The notes: generated from the letters alone by a model not told the origin. DNA of 64,000 nt from Eledone cirrhosa (GCA_964016885.1 OZ024765.1:2294001-2358000); one strand, 5' to 3'; shown: positions 16,707-33,126, counted from the stretch's first letter. A program made the numbers and translations.

Positions 16707-16954
16707 GTACATATATATACACGCACAGATATATATATAAATATATATATACATATATACACATACATATATATATATATATAAATATATATTTATACAC
16801 ATATATACACACACATATATATATATATACTTATATATTTATACACATATACACACACACATATATATACATATACATATACACATACATATATATATAT
16901 ATATAAATATATATTTATACACACACATATATATATATATACATATATACACAT

Positions 16955-16997
<43 letters not shown>

Positions 16998-17070
16998 CAC
17001 GTTTATACATATATACATATATACACGTTTATACATACATATATATATACATACACACACACAGACAGAC

Positions 17071-17137
<67 letters not shown>

Positions 17138-17275
17138 TCTTTAAAGCGATGAAATGCCTATGATGGTTGGAAGATCACTGATGAAGGACAAACTTTTTTA
17201 TATGTAAGCCATTTGCAACGCCGCAGCTCCATTATTATCATATTTACATATATACATATATACATATATATATAT

Positions 17276-17344
<69 letters not shown>

Positions 17345-17456
17345 TATATAATATATATAACACTTTTCCCTTTGGTATTTATACTTATTATTGTTATATA
17401 CACTAGATATAAATATATATATATATATACATATATAATATTGTTATATACACTAG

Positions 17457-17493
<37 letters not shown>

Positions 17494-17729
17494 TATTATT
17501 GTTATATACTCTAGATATAAACACCCGCTATATATTTCCTTCACGCTGCTCTCCTCGAATATCTGAATAAATCCGCTCTGACAGACGAAACTAATTCATT
17601 TCACGCAACATTGAGTTTATAGGGACTCCCTCGGATAATTCACCTGGTGTTAACTTGACACAACTATAGCTTTGATGACATACTTGAAGTTATAATAACT
17701 ATATATAATATACATACATATATATATAT

Positions 17730-18700
17730 TTATTTATATATATATATATATGCCTTTATATAATATACATATATATATATATTTATTTATATATATATGC
17801 CTTTATATATATATCATATATATATATTTATTTATATATATATATATATGCCTTTATATATATATCATATATATATATTTATTTATATATATATATGCCT
17901 TTATATATATATCATATATATATATATTTATTTATATATATATATATGCCTTTATATATATATCATATATATATATTTATTTATATATATATATATATAT
18001 GCCTTTATATAATATACATATATATATTTATTTATATATATATATATATATATGCCTTTTATATATATATATCATATATATATATTTATTTATATATATA
18101 TATATATATATGCCTTTATATATATATATATCATATATATATATTTATTTATATATATATATATATATATGCCTTTATATATATATCATATATATATATT
18201 TATTTATATATATATATATGCCTTTATATATATATATCATATATATATATTTATATATATATATATATATGCCTTTATATATATATCATATATATATATT
18301 TATTTATATATATATATATATATGCCTTTATATAATATACATATATATATTTATTTATATATATATATATATATATGCCTTTTATATATATATATCATAT
18401 ATATATATTTATTTATATATATATATATATATATGCCTTTATATATATATATATCATATATATATATTTATTTATATATATATATATATATATGCCTTTA
18501 TATATATATCATATATATATATTTATTTATATATATATATATGCCTTTATATATATATATCATATATATATATTTATATATATATATATATATGCCTTTA
18601 TATATATATCATATATATATATATATTTATATATATATATATATATGCCTTTATATATATATCATATATATATATGCCTTTATATATATATCATATATAT
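17730..18700. repeat. Degenerate TA-based minisatellite (ATATGCCTTTATATATATATCATATATATATTTATTT)
   Basis: Recurring GCCTTT and TCAT anchors every ~45-55 bp within TA runs. Confidence 0.85.
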
Positions 18701-19231
18701 ATATTAGGTACAAGGTTCAATGAATAAATCAAAGAATGAGTTTTACAATAGATTGGAAGCACTCAAGTTTTGGTTTTCCGGAGTTATTAATATTAATTCA
18801 AAATATTAACAAAAATAAATATTATAGATATTTCAGAGGTACTGAGCTATCTTCAACAGTACGTCCTCATCAGATAAAATAAGATGATGCATGACATACC
18901 CTGACTTAGTAGATGGTTAAGATTCATTCATGGTAGTGAATATGATATGACAAGACTCAATATTTATATACCTTAAGATTGAGACATGAACAAACTTACA
19001 TATAATACAGAGGGTGCGTATTAGGTATATATATATTTATATATATACATAAATGTATATCTATATATATATTATATATTATATATATAAATATACACAT
19101 ATATATATATACTAATAATAATAAATGTGAAGACTAAAATCCGAAGAGGGCTCGATAAGGAGGAGCACGTTAAGGGTGAAAGCAGTGATTCTTTATCTGT
19201 TATTTTAATAAATATTTGCTCTACGGTTTTA

Positions 19232-19294
<63 letters not shown>

Positions 19295-19598
19295 TCTAAG
19301 AAATAGCATATTAAGTTCTTACACACACATTATATATATATATATGTGTATACCAAACCAGCCCATCCTCCCAATCTATCTTATTTCTCATTCTTTCTTC
19401 TGATGAAGGTCTAGCGTCTGAAACGTTAAGACCCTCCTATATACATATATACATATGTATGTATACATACATAAATATATATTTATGTTGTATATATATA
19501 TACAAACATAAATATATATTTATATTGTATATATCAAGCGTTAACCTAATATATCCCTTCCACATACTGTACCGATTGTGTTGTTATTTCTGTTTACC

Positions 19599-19662
<64 letters not shown>

Positions 19663-19845
19663 TATATATATATAGTTATAGTTATACTTGGGGAGGGTCA
19701 TATTGTTGTAATAATATTGCCAGAAATAACAACAGAACACACTCACTGTTTGGTTGGTTTTCGCTTCTGTATCTTTTATATCTACGTAGTTAATTTATTT
19801 GGCAATCAATGTTTATCATTGATTGACCAGCGGTTAAAAATACGG

Positions 19846-19888
<43 letters not shown>

Positions 19889-19988
19889 ATCAAACTTCTT
19901 TCGTTGCACATCTGCGACATCATCAGTGCTATATTATTATGTGTAACAATATTTTTTTCGGCACAAGATTTCATATCAAAAACCTTGC

Positions 19989-20076
<88 letters not shown>

Positions 20077-20210
20077 TATATATATAAGAAGAAACAGGGA
20101 CTGTGTAGTTGCTGGATAGTGTGTACTTATAAATAAGAGAAAAGCATGAACGGGCGAACATTTTCCTTCATCAATTGTCTGCTAGATATATATATATGTA
20201 TATATATATA

Positions 20211-20314
<104 letters not shown>

Positions 20315-20490
20315 TTTACTTAAAAATGTGAGGGGGACAAACCAACATTTGTTGATTCTTAAAGGAGCATGTTAGTATTACTTATGGACCCTTTCCCGGA
20401 CCCTATCACAAGTAAAATGTTACGCTGATTAAATTTTATATATTCAAATGATGTTCGGATATAAAAAAAATAAGCTTAAAAAGAATTTAT

Positions 20491-22170
20491 TAAAGGCTTT
20501 ACCTCACATAATATCTCACATACCATTTACATTACTCTATATATACTATTGTATTTTCACAGTAAAGGCTTTACCTCACATAATATCTCACATAACATTT
20601 ACATTACTCTATATATACTATTGTATTTTCACAGTAAAGGCTTTACCTCACATAATATCTCACATACCATTTACATTACTCTATATATACTATTGTATTT
20701 TCACAGTAAAGGCTTTACCTCACATAATATCTCACATAACATTTACATTACTCTATATATACTATTGTATTTTCACAGTAAAGTCTTTACCTCACATAAT
20801 ATCTCACATAGCATTTACATTACTCTATATATACTATTGTATTTTCACAGTAAAGGCTTTACCTCACATAATATCTCACATACCATTTACATTACCCTAT
20901 ATATACTATTGTATTTTCACAGTAAAGTCTTTACCTCACATAATATCTCACATAGCATTTACATTACTCTATATATACTATTGTATTTTCACAGTAAAGG
21001 CTTTACCTCACATAATATCTCACATAACATTTACATTACTCTATATATACTATTGTATTTTCACAGTAAAGTCTTTACCTCACATAATATCTCACATAGC
21101 ATTTACATTACTCTATATTTACTATTGTATTTTCACAGTAAAGGCTTTACCTCACATAATATCTCACATAACATTTACATTACTCTATATATACTATTGT
21201 ATTTTCACAGTAAAGGCTTTACCTCACATAATATCTCACATAGCATTTACATTACTCTATATATACTATTGTATTTTCACAGTAAAGGCTTTATCTCACA
21301 TAATATCTCACATAACATTTACATTACTCTATATATACTATTGTATTTTCACAGTAAAGTCTTTACCTCACATAATATCTCACATAGCATTTACATTACT
21401 CTATATTTACTATTGTATTTTCACAGTAAGTACTTTACCTCACATAATATCTCACATAACATTTACATTACTCTATATATACTATTGTATTTTCACAGTA
21501 AAGTCTTTACCTCACATAATATCTCACATAGCATTTACATTACTCTATATTTACTATTGTATTTTCACAGTAAGTACTTTACCTCACATAATATCTCACA
21601 TAACATTTACATTACTCTATATATACTATTGTATTTTCACAGTAAAGGCTTTACCTCACATAATATCTCACATAACATTTACATTACTCTATATATACTA
21701 TTGTATTTTCACAGTAAAGGCTTTACCTCACATAATATCTCACATAACATTTACATTACTCTATATATACTATTGTATTTTCACAGTAAAGTCTTTACCT
21801 CACATAATATCTCACATAGCATTTACATTACTCTATATTTACTATTGTATTTTCACAGTAAAGGCTTTACCTCACATAATACCTCACATAACATTTACAT
21901 TACTCTATATATACTATTGTATTTTCACAGTAAAGGCTTTACCTCACATAATATCTCACATAACATTTACATTACTCTATATATACTATTGTATTTTCAC
22001 AGTAAAGGCTTTACCTCACATAATATCTCACATAACATTTACATTACTCTATATATACTATTGTATTTTCACAGTAAAGGCTTTACCTCACATAATATCT
22101 CACATAACATTTACATTACTCTATATATACTATTGTATTTTCATGGTAAAGGCTTTATCACGCATAATAT
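20491..22170. repeat. 72-bp tandem satellite, ~23 copies
   Basis: 24-codon periodicity (KALPHIISHITFTLLYIYYCIFTV) in the ORF track. Printed lines recur every 360 bp. Confidence 0.95.
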
Positions 22171-22442
22171 CGAATCTACGAGATTTTGATATTATCTATT
22201 TTGAGAATAATACCTTAACACCGGTATAGGTAGACAGTCACTGTTGGGATGAACAGAAAGTGGTGAGAGAATTCTGGCCGAAATGGCAGGTTTAAATGCT
22301 AAAGGATTAAACTTTAGTGAAAATCTATATTGATGGACGTATGGGCCATATAAAACATGGTAGAAAGATCAATATATGAGAATGATTGCTTAATTTTTTT
22401 TAATTTAATTTTCTCACTTAAATTTGATATGCAATATTATAT

Positions 22443-22524
<82 letters not shown>

Positions 22525-22527
22525 ATG

Positions 22528-22562
<35 letters not shown>

Positions 22563-22826
22563 GGTGAAAAATGGAACGGAAACGAAACAGAGAGGCAACG
22601 AAGAGCTCTGCCGTCGGGGTCATACATTTTCCTATAAATATATATATATGTATTATTCAAAATGTTAATAAATGAAAAATATTCTCATAATCAAAATATA
22701 TATTTTATTATACACATTTCAAAGGTACAATGGTGTTTAAGTACGTTTTCATCAGACAAAATATATGATTTGATATGTGACATAGCGCTACGGTATTGAT
22801 TATTCAATTCCAGTATTAATCTTTGG

Positions 22827-22859
<33 letters not shown>

Positions 22860-22862
22860 TAC

Positions 22863-22957
<95 letters not shown>

Positions 22958-23035
22958 GCGAGCTGTTTGGTTGCATTTAAGTATAACGAAAAATAGAAAA
23001 TCAAAGTTACGGGCGAAAGAGGGGAATATCCGTTT

Positions 23036-23130
<95 letters not shown>

Positions 23131-23132
<2 letters not shown>

Positions 23133-23326
23133 AAAAGAGTCAGAACCCCGACGGCAGAGCTGAAGCCGTTTCGACAGCTATTTCTGAGTCCAGATCTAGC
23201 TGTCGAAACGCCTTGAGCTCTGCCGTCAGGGTCCTGACTCTTTTCCTATTACCCACTCTCTTACCCCAAGTATTGAGTACTCTGGTGCGTTATGGTCCAT
23301 CTGGTTTTTACCACATTTCCTTCGTT
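23131..23326 (+). mobile_element. Family B fold-back element (3' half of a hammerhead)
   Basis: Inverted arm, then GTC-GAAA-CG...GCCG-TC and the tail ...GTATTGAGTAC...CCACATTTCCTTCGTTA. About 12 copies or fragments in the window. Confidence 0.75.
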
Positions 23327-23404
23327 ATATATATATCTCTCTCTATATGTAAATATGTATGTATAAATATATATATATATGTATGTATAAATATATATAT
23401 ATAT

Positions 23405-23600
23405 ATAGAAGGAGCTTCTACAGGACTAGTACTGTTTCATTCAGATGAAATCTTCAGGAAGAATGCTTCCTGAAGATTTCATCTGAATGAAACAGTACTA
23501 GTCCTGTAGAAGCTCCTTCTATAAAATAAAAAAATTTTACTCTGCCATGTATTGAGTACCTTACTTACTGTGGTTATCGCCGACTCAACCCGTGACCTAC

Positions 23601-23602
<2 letters not shown>
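23405..23602 (+). mobile_element. Family A fold-back element with intact hammerhead (23465-23513)
   Basis: GCTTC-CTGAAGA-TTTCatctGAAT-GAAA-CAGtactagtcCTG-TA-GAAGC, with an inverted arm upstream. Confidence 0.85.
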
Positions 23603-23654
<52 letters not shown>

Positions 23655-23660
<6 letters not shown>

Positions 23661-24084
23661 AATGAATAATAACAGGTAGACATCATAAAAAGGTAATTTA
23701 TTCCGTGTGCTTACAAATGTTTCCACGGTGGTACTACAGCCTAGTTATGCTATGTGCAAATTTACAAAATATCCAATGCTGTGACCACTGTATCCTCTGA
23801 GGATACAGTGGTCACAGCATTGGATATTTGAGTTCTGCAAATACTTGTAAATTTGCACATAGCATAACTAGGCTGTAGTACCACCGTGGAAACATTTGTA
23901 AGCACACGGAATAAATTACCTTTTTATTATTCATTCTTTATATACACTCCGGAATACAAAAGGATCAGGAACTAAGTTTCTTCAACAATTCTTCCATAAC
24001 TCGTAGAGTAACCTCTCACCGTACGTCAACCATATCCAGTGTAGTAATTAACCATTACTACATCTAGGATAATCCTATACCTAA
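23655..24084 (+). mobile_element. Family E fold-back element
   Basis: Palindrome centred on 23798. CTGAGGA at 23797, long stem II, GAAA-CAttTG-TA at 23889-23900. Near-identical copy at 33325-33772(-). Confidence 0.75.
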
Positions 24085-24099
24085 TATATATATATATAC

Positions 24100-24143
<44 letters not shown>

Positions 24144-24211
24144 TTGAAACAAGTGTTAATACTGTAAATTAAACCATTTTTGTACAGCCGACCATGTTTT
24201 TCTTCACTCTT

Positions 24212-24309
<98 letters not shown>

Positions 24310-24641
24310 CATATATATATACACACATATATACGCACGCGCACTCGCAGTGATAGTACACGTGTGTGTGCTACACATTAGTGGGTGTGTACCCAATACA
24401 GTTTTTATGTAGGTTTCATGTGTGAATGTTAAACCTCGTCTATTTCAATCCCATACTAAACATTTGGTGTATATATACGAACGTATTACTGTGTATATAT
24501 ATACGTGTGTGTGTGTGTGTGTGAATACGTTTGTGTGTATTATGTGTGTATATGTGTGAAAGTTCGTGTATATATATGTATATGTGTGTATTTGTGTAAA
24601 TGTGTCTGTGAGTGTTTGTTTGTATGTATGTGTACATATTC

Positions 24642-24684
<43 letters not shown>

Positions 24685-25042
24685 TGTGTGTTTGTGTGTG
24701 TGTGTAGAATTTGTGTGTGTAGGTAAATGTGTTTGTGTGTGAGCTTGTGTGCATGAGAACGTATTCGTGTGTATAGATGCATGTGTTCGTGCGTGAATGT
24801 GTGTATGTGTGCGTGAATGTGTGTGGTTTTTTTAATGTATATATTCGTATATATATATATACATATATACACACATATATATACACATATATATATATAC
24901 ATACATATATATATACATACATACATATATATATATATACTACATCGCATTTTCTTATTCTAAATACACTCCGTCATTCCTATGTGGAGAAAGTACGTAG
25001 AGTGGAATTGCAGCAATGATTACCGTAAGTACATATATATAC

Positions 25043-25085
<43 letters not shown>

Positions 25086-25215
25086 TGTATATATATGTAT
25101 ATATATGGCTATATATAGATAGACGCACAGACAGACGGATATGAAACGAAATTGTCCGTGAGTTTGTAAAACACAGTATATATCGAGTGACCTCCAAATA
25201 TATTATCTACGTGTA

Positions 25216-25263
<48 letters not shown>

Positions 25264-25264
<1 letters not shown>

Positions 25265-25735
25265 CTTTCTTAAGGTTTGTTGTTTAACCACTGGATAGAA
25301 CTGGTCATTCCGTATGGTCAATCCTGGTGTAATACTGTGAAGAGTACTCAACGCAGTGCAGTTCACCCACCTTCGTTTCTGTAGTTGGTGGTGCCAATAC
25401 GGAGTTAATTATAAATGAAGTAACAGGAGGCTAGACTGGTGTAAATACTTGAAAGGTTTATTATACTATGATCATTTCAATGACCGGGTTCCATATGAAT
25501 CCGGTGATATCATCAGGTATTGAGGGCGGCTGGCTGTGAAGCTAGTTGGTCAGCCGCCCTTTCTGTCTCTGGTTTCCCGGACAAATGGTTTTTCGGACCC
25601 ATGGCTTTTTACATATTCCTTTATTATATTCCAATACCTGATGATGTCACCGGATTCATACTGAACTCGGTCATTGAAATGATCAAAGTATAATAAACCT
25701 TTCAAGGATTTACACCAGTCCAGCCTCCTGTTATT

Positions 25736-25740
<5 letters not shown>
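25264..25740. mobile_element. Family C element, inverted pair with hammerhead cores
   Basis: - strand 25520-25463: ATAC-CTGATGA-stem II-GAAA-TGATCA-TA-GTAT-AATAAA. Inverted copy at 25633-25740. Relatives at 29209-29598 and 40200-40442. Confidence 0.7.
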
Positions 25741-25800
<60 letters not shown>

Positions 25801-25823
25801 AAGCCAAGCCATTTCTATATTAA

Positions 25824-25860
<37 letters not shown>

Positions 25861-25865
<5 letters not shown>

Positions 25866-26063
25866 TTAATATAGAAATGGCTTCTACAGGACTAGAACTG
25901 TTTCATTCAAAAGAAATCATCAAGAAAGCTTCCCTGATGATTTCTCCCGAATGAAACAGTTCTAGTCATGTAGAAGCCATTTCTATGATAAACTTGATGT
26001 TTACACTCTACTATTGTATTGAGTACCTTACTAACTGTGGTTACCCTAGTGGAACCCGCGACT
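25861..26063 (+). mobile_element. Family A element, diverged copy
   Basis: GCTTCC-CTGATGA-TTTCtcccGAAT-GAAA-CAG...ATG-TA-GAAGC with inverted arm and family A tail. Confidence 0.75.
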
Positions 26064-26108
26064 TATACATGCACACACACACACAGACAAACAGACACAT
26101 ACACACAG

Positions 26109-26139
<31 letters not shown>

Positions 26140-26142
26140 TAT

Positions 26143-26430
26143 TGCCATGGCCTGGGGTTCAAGGGCCCTCAACACTTCAACAAGCTGCCGAGGGATCTGA
26201 GAGATCGGCAGAGTGTGGGTGTGGATGTTTTCAAGAAACATCTCGACACCTTGCTATCCAGGATCCCGGATGAGCCGACAGCAAGGCACGAGGGAAACCT
26301 AAGGGCAGCGGCAATGAACTCCCTCTTACACCAGTGGCCAACCAATACAGGCTGGAGATAAAATGTGTAGCAACAAGGGCGGTGCCCGAGCATCTCCTCA
26401 GCCGGATGGCTGGAACAGGTAAAAGAGTTA
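26143..26430 (+). mobile_element. CR1-group LINE 3' end (ORF2 C-terminus to stop at 26361, plus 3' UTR)
   Basis: Translates as GFKGPQHFNKLP...FKKHLDTLLSRIPDEP...RAAAMNSLLHQ*, a CR1-like C-terminus. The 3' UTR recurs at 62217-62305. Confidence 0.7.
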
Positions 26431-26718
26431 AAGGGTATGAACGTTTACGGAAATTCTCCGAAATACTTTTTTCTTTGTAACCTTAGCACAGGTAATATGG
26501 CTGGTCAAGATATACTAGAAATAACCACACTATATACATAATAGGGGCCGAAACTACTAAAGTCGATCTGAACGGCTGAAGACCCAGGAATTCTGTGTCT
26601 TTCGTTTGTATTTTTATTTTTGGGAAATAATATTTTTCAGGTTTTCTCCGTTTCAAAAAAAAATCTTTTTTTTACCGTTTTAACGAATTTTTGTTCGCTG
26701 TCTTGCCTTCTCTGTGTT

Positions 26719-26776
<58 letters not shown>

Positions 26777-26969
26777 GTAATAATAAATGTGAAGACTAAA
26801 ATCCGAAGAGGGCTCGATAAGTATAAATTTGAACACATGTATGTGTTATATCTGTGTTTATCTCTCTTTTATATTCAATTATATTACACCGCTCAGAAAA
26901 ACCTCTTTCTTTGAGCTATTTAATGAGTCTCTAACTCACTATATACCTTTCATATATTTCTATATATAT

Positions 26970-27036
<67 letters not shown>

Positions 27037-27162
27037 CTTATATTATATATTGCCATATATATATATATATATACACATACCTGCATTGTTTTGGCTTTAT
27101 TATACATATACAAACGTTTATACCTCATTACACAATGCTTCAAGTGAACTATAACCTCCTCC

Positions 27163-27227
<65 letters not shown>

Positions 27228-27524
27228 AACGACTAGGACCCCGACGGCTGAGGTCCTACTCGTTCCTATTACCCACTCTACTACCCTAAGTATTGAGTAC
27301 TTTGGTGCGTTATGGTCCATCTGGTTCCTTACCACATTTCCTTCATTATATATATATATATATATATATATGTGTGCGTGTGTATATATATATATACGTA
27401 GGAGTAACAAGACACTTGAGTTAGCTATAGTAAATACTATACAGTACTTCGGTATTGAGTACTACTTTCTCTCCACCGTCAACTAAATACGGATATATAC
27501 ATACATAAGAATATACACGCCCAT

Positions 27525-28229
27525 ACATATATATACGGACACATACATACATGTACAGACACATACATATATATACGGACACATACATATATATACGGAC
27601 ACATACATACATGTACGGACACATACATATATATACGGACACATACATACATGTACGGACACATACATATATGTACGGACACATACATATATGTACGGAC
27701 ACATACATATATGTACGGACACATACACACGATACATTCAACAACAACCTCCTTTCACACACACACACACACAGCAATACATCCACACACACACACAAAG
27801 CACTACAACCAACAGCCTCTCTCCATGCACACACACACACAAACACAGACACACACAAAGCACTACCACCAACAACCACTCTCCAGCACACACACACACA
27901 CAAAGCACTACAATCAACAGCCTCTCTCCATGCACACACACACAACCACGCACACACACACACAGCACAACAACCAACAGCCTCTCTCCAATCACACACA
28001 CACAGACACACAGACACACACAAACACAGACACACACACAGCACTACAACCAACAGCCTCTCTCCATGCACACACACACACACACACAGACACACACAAA
28101 CACAGACACACACACAGCACTACAACCAACAGCCTCTCTCCATGCACACACACACACACACAGACAGACACACACAAACACACAGAGACAGACACACACA
28201 CAGCACTACAACCAGCAGCCTCTCTCGAA

Positions 28230-28263
<34 letters not shown>

Positions 28264-28520
28264 ACACACAAGACACAGACACAGACACAGACACAGAGAG
28301 ACAGACACACACACAGCACTACAACCAACAGCCTCTCTCCATGCACACACACACAGAAACACACAGACACACACAGACACACACAAGACACAGACACAGA
28401 CACAGAGAGACAGAGAGAGACACAGCACTACAACCAACAGCCTCTCTCGAATCACACACACAACAGACAGACACACACAGATAGAGAGAGAGAGACAGAG
28501 AGAGACACAGCACTACAACG
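27525..28520. repeat. 20-bp ACGGACACATACATATATGT array followed by CA-rich CAGCACTACAACCAACAGCCTCTCTCC minisatellite
   Basis: Direct tandem periodicity. Confidence 0.85.
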
Positions 28521-28680
28521 AGCAGCCATTTGCAGCAATGACACCAACACAGACCAAGAGAAACGCCAGCCTATAAGATCACTCCAGCTACCGTTCAACA
28601 CAACTACAACACACAGCACGGACGAATCACAGAAGAGTATTTCTCACGGGGTCTGATGACAACAGAATAATGTATATACA

Positions 28681-28835
28681 CTCTTTTACCTGCTCCAGCC
28701 ATCTGGCTAAGGCCGTGCTGGGGCACCGCCCTATTAGCAGCTTGCTTTCCCAACCGGTCACCCATCAAAGTACCAGCTAGGCTCGACGTTGCTTAACTTC
28801 GCTGATCGGACGAGTTACGGCCATATCACGCTGAA

Positions 28836-28839
<4 letters not shown>
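28681..28839 (-). pseudogene. 5S rRNA-derived retrocopy with inverted 5' end, fused to a CR1-LINE 3' tail
   Basis: - strand 28814-28730 reads CTCGTCCGATCAGCGAAGTTAAGCAACG...GATGGGTGACCG..TGGGAA (5S internal control region). + strand 28814-28839 GTTACGGCCATATCACGCTGAAAACA is the 5S 5' end. 28730-28681(-) matches the LINE tail at 26378-26428. Confidence 0.8.
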
Positions 28840-28894
<55 letters not shown>

Positions 28895-28912
28895 GTATAT
28901 ATATATATATAC

Positions 28913-29022
<110 letters not shown>

Positions 29023-29051
29023 TACGTATATATATATATATATATATATAC

Positions 29052-29117
<66 letters not shown>

Positions 29118-29142
29118 CGTATATATATATATATATATATAC

Positions 29143-29190
<48 letters not shown>

Positions 29191-29595
29191 CGTATATATA
29201 TATATTTATTCAGGTTTGAGGTTCACCACTGGATAGAGCTGGTCAATTCCGTATGGTCAATCTTGATGTAATAATATGGAGAGTACTCAACGTAAAGCAG
29301 CTCAACCATCTTTGTTTGTGTAGTTGGTGGTGCTAGTACGGAGTTAAATATTATAATGAAATGACAGGAGGCTGGATTTGTGTAAATCCTTGAAAGGTTT
29401 ATTATACTTTGATCATTTCAATGACCGGGTTCCGTATGAATCCGGTGATATCATCAGGTATTCGAAATATAATACGTGAATGTAATCCATGGGGCTGAAA
29501 ATCGAGGACCCGAGGGCGACCGCTATTCTGTTCCTTCAACCTCAGCCGGTCACCCTTTCAAGGATTTACACAATTCCAGCCTCCTGTCATTTCAT

Positions 29596-29634
<39 letters not shown>

Positions 29635-29876
29635 AGTTTGAAGAACAGTCAGACAAATATATCCAATTGTTCTTCTCCTTAGTCCGTAGAAATTAACCAT
29701 TTAATAATCATTTAAACGGAGCCAAGTTTAAAATGTAACTTTGAAGAAATAACAGATAAATGTCACAGACCATCCTTTGTGAAGAACAGCAGATAAAATT
29801 TACCTGGTCTTTCTCCTTATATATATGTCGGATGTAGCAAGGTAGCACACGAGTTGATATATATAAAAAAAAACAA

Positions 29877-30062
29877 ATAGTAGAAAGGAAAAAGATATTT
29901 TCTGTAGACAATGTTGAAGAGATATTTTTGGTGAAATTTCAAAATATTAATTTATTTACAATGTAAAAATGTAAAAATTGTAAATAAATTAATGCCTTGA
30001 AATTTCACCAAAAATATCCCCTCAACATTGTCTACAGAAAATATCTTTTTCCTTTCTACTAT
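29877..30062. repeat. ~85-bp-arm inverted repeat ending in (TA)n
   Basis: ATAGTAGAAAGGAAAAAGATATTTTCTGTAGACAATGTTGA... is mirrored at 29977-30062. Confidence 0.8.
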
Positions 30063-30171
30063 ATATATATATATTATGTCCCAAGGCTCTGATACCATCA
30101 ACACCAATTATATATATATATATATAATATATATATATACATACATATATTAATACATATATATCTAGATA

Positions 30172-30213
<42 letters not shown>

Positions 30214-30265
30214 TAGATAGATAAAAGAAATCAAAGAACGCTTATATACTCAAACAATTTTTATT

Positions 30266-30312
30266 CGCTGACAATGTTTCATCCATACCGTGGGGCAGGA
30301 ATCATCAGAGCG
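30266..30312 (-). ncRNA. Minimal type I hammerhead ribozyme
   Basis: CGCT-CTGATGA-TTCC..GGAT-GAAA-CAtTG-TC-AGCG, immediately followed by AATAAA. Confidence 0.75.
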
Positions 30313-30361
30313 TTATAAACAAAAATATATTGTTGAATATATATATATATTATATATATAT

Positions 30362-30427
<66 letters not shown>

Positions 30428-30747
30428 ATATATATATATATATCATAATACATACAAATATATATTAGTATATTCAATAGGAAGCTTTGTGAGATATAAA
30501 ACAAATGACTAAGTTTCAAAAAGCCACTACAATCTGGTAGAAATATGTAAAGGGCAAACGATGACAAATAATACAAAACAAAACAATGTTTTACCCAATA
30601 TATTTCAATATGATATTTCAGGGCTAAACCTCCCTTTTCAAATGCAAAAACAATACATTATTTTTTTCGCTTTGTCACACTTTTCCTTTTATACGTCTAC
30701 CTCATTGTTCAGGTTTTCTTAAAAACTTACAAGTGCAGTTGTTTAAT

Positions 30748-30796
<49 letters not shown>

Positions 30797-30872
30797 AAGA
30801 GAGAGAGAGAAACAGAGAGATTCTTATGTACATAAATATGTATGTATATATATTTTTATGCAAATATATATG

Positions 30873-30941
<69 letters not shown>

Positions 30942-31030
30942 TGAAAAGTGACACACTATTTGATATATATAATAATTAAGAAGAAAAAACAGTAGAAAAT
31001 GCTAATGGAATTTTCTCAGAATAACAAAAA

Positions 31031-31072
<42 letters not shown>

Positions 31073-31077
31073 TATAC

Positions 31078-31500
31078 ATATTAATTCAAAATATTAACAA
31101 AAATAGATATTCTTGTGATCAAGTATATTTTATTATAGATATTTCAGAGGTACTGAGATATCTTCAACAGTACGTCCTCATCTGATAAAATAAGATGATG
31201 TATGACATACCCTGACATAGTAGATGGTTAAGATCCAGTCATTGTAGTTATGACTGGATCTTAACCATCTACTAAGTCAGGGTATGTCATGCATCATCTT
31301 ATTTTATCTGACGAGGACGTACTGTTGAAGATATCTCAGTACCTCTGAAATATCTATAATAAAATATACTTGATCACAAGAATATCTATTTTGTTAATAT
31401 TTTGAATTAATATTAATAACTCCGGAAAACCAATAATGTTGAGTGCTTCCAATCTATTGTAAAACTAATTCGTTGACTTATTCATTGAACCTTGTTTAAT
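31078..31500 (+). mobile_element. Family D fold-back element (~165-bp arms), hammerhead at 31301-31365
   Basis: Arms 31078-31242 and 31250-31413. ATTTTAT-CTGACGA-GGACGTACTG..CAGTACCTCT-GAAA-TATCTA-TA-ATAAAAT. Confidence 0.8.
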
Positions 31501-31556
31501 ATATATACATATATATATATATATACATATATATACATATATATAAATATATATAC

Positions 31557-31667
<111 letters not shown>

Positions 31668-31912
31668 TTAATTAGCGAGAATCAGATTTCGGCTATTGGA
31701 AATTAGCGAAAAACAGCTTCCGATATATATATATAGATATAGATAAATCTACCAAAAATTTACTGATAGTTTCTATAAATATTTTACATAGATCTATAGA
31801 ATATGCATACCAACACTAACGACATATATATCCTAGAAACGATCGTAAAATGATGAAATTTTTTAATATAAGGAACTGTTTCTTTGTTTATTCATTATTT
31901 TATTAATTTATA

Positions 31913-31988
<76 letters not shown>

Positions 31989-32308
31989 ATCAGGAACTAA
32001 GTTTCTTGAACAATTCTTCCATAACTCGTAGAGTAACCTCTTACCGTACGTCAACCATATCCAGGGTAGTAATTAACCATTACTACATCTTGGATAATCC
32101 TATACCTATATATATATATATATATAGGAACGAGTAGGACCCCGACGGCTGAGCTGTAGCCGTTTCGACGGCTAATTCTGGTTCCTTACCACATTTCCTT
32201 CGTTATATATATATATAGTAATAATAATAAATTTGAAGACTAAAATCCAAAGAGGGTTCGATAAGGATAAATATATATCAGCGATTCTTTGCTTAAACTT
32301 TAATCTGT

Positions 32309-32378
<70 letters not shown>

Positions 32379-32384
32379 ATATAT

Positions 32385-32459
<75 letters not shown>

Positions 32460-32536
32460 GTATATTATAGATATACATTCATACATATATATATTCTAAT
32501 CTATTCTACTGTTTTTTCTTTTCACTATTTATATAC

Positions 32537-32574
<38 letters not shown>

Positions 32575-32625
32575 ATGTGCATAAGATATATGTGTGCGTA
32601 TGTATATATATATTTATATATATAT

Positions 32626-32815
<190 letters not shown>

Positions 32816-32820
32816 TATAC

Positions 32821-33126
<306 letters not shown>

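Noticed and set aside
20448-22229. 593-aa and 546-aa repeat ORFs
   Set aside because: A 72-bp satellite that is stop-free in two frames, with no codon-position bias or splice context.
26540-26590. Permuted hammerhead (GAAA..GTC..CTGAAGA)
   Set aside because: Stems I and II do not pair.
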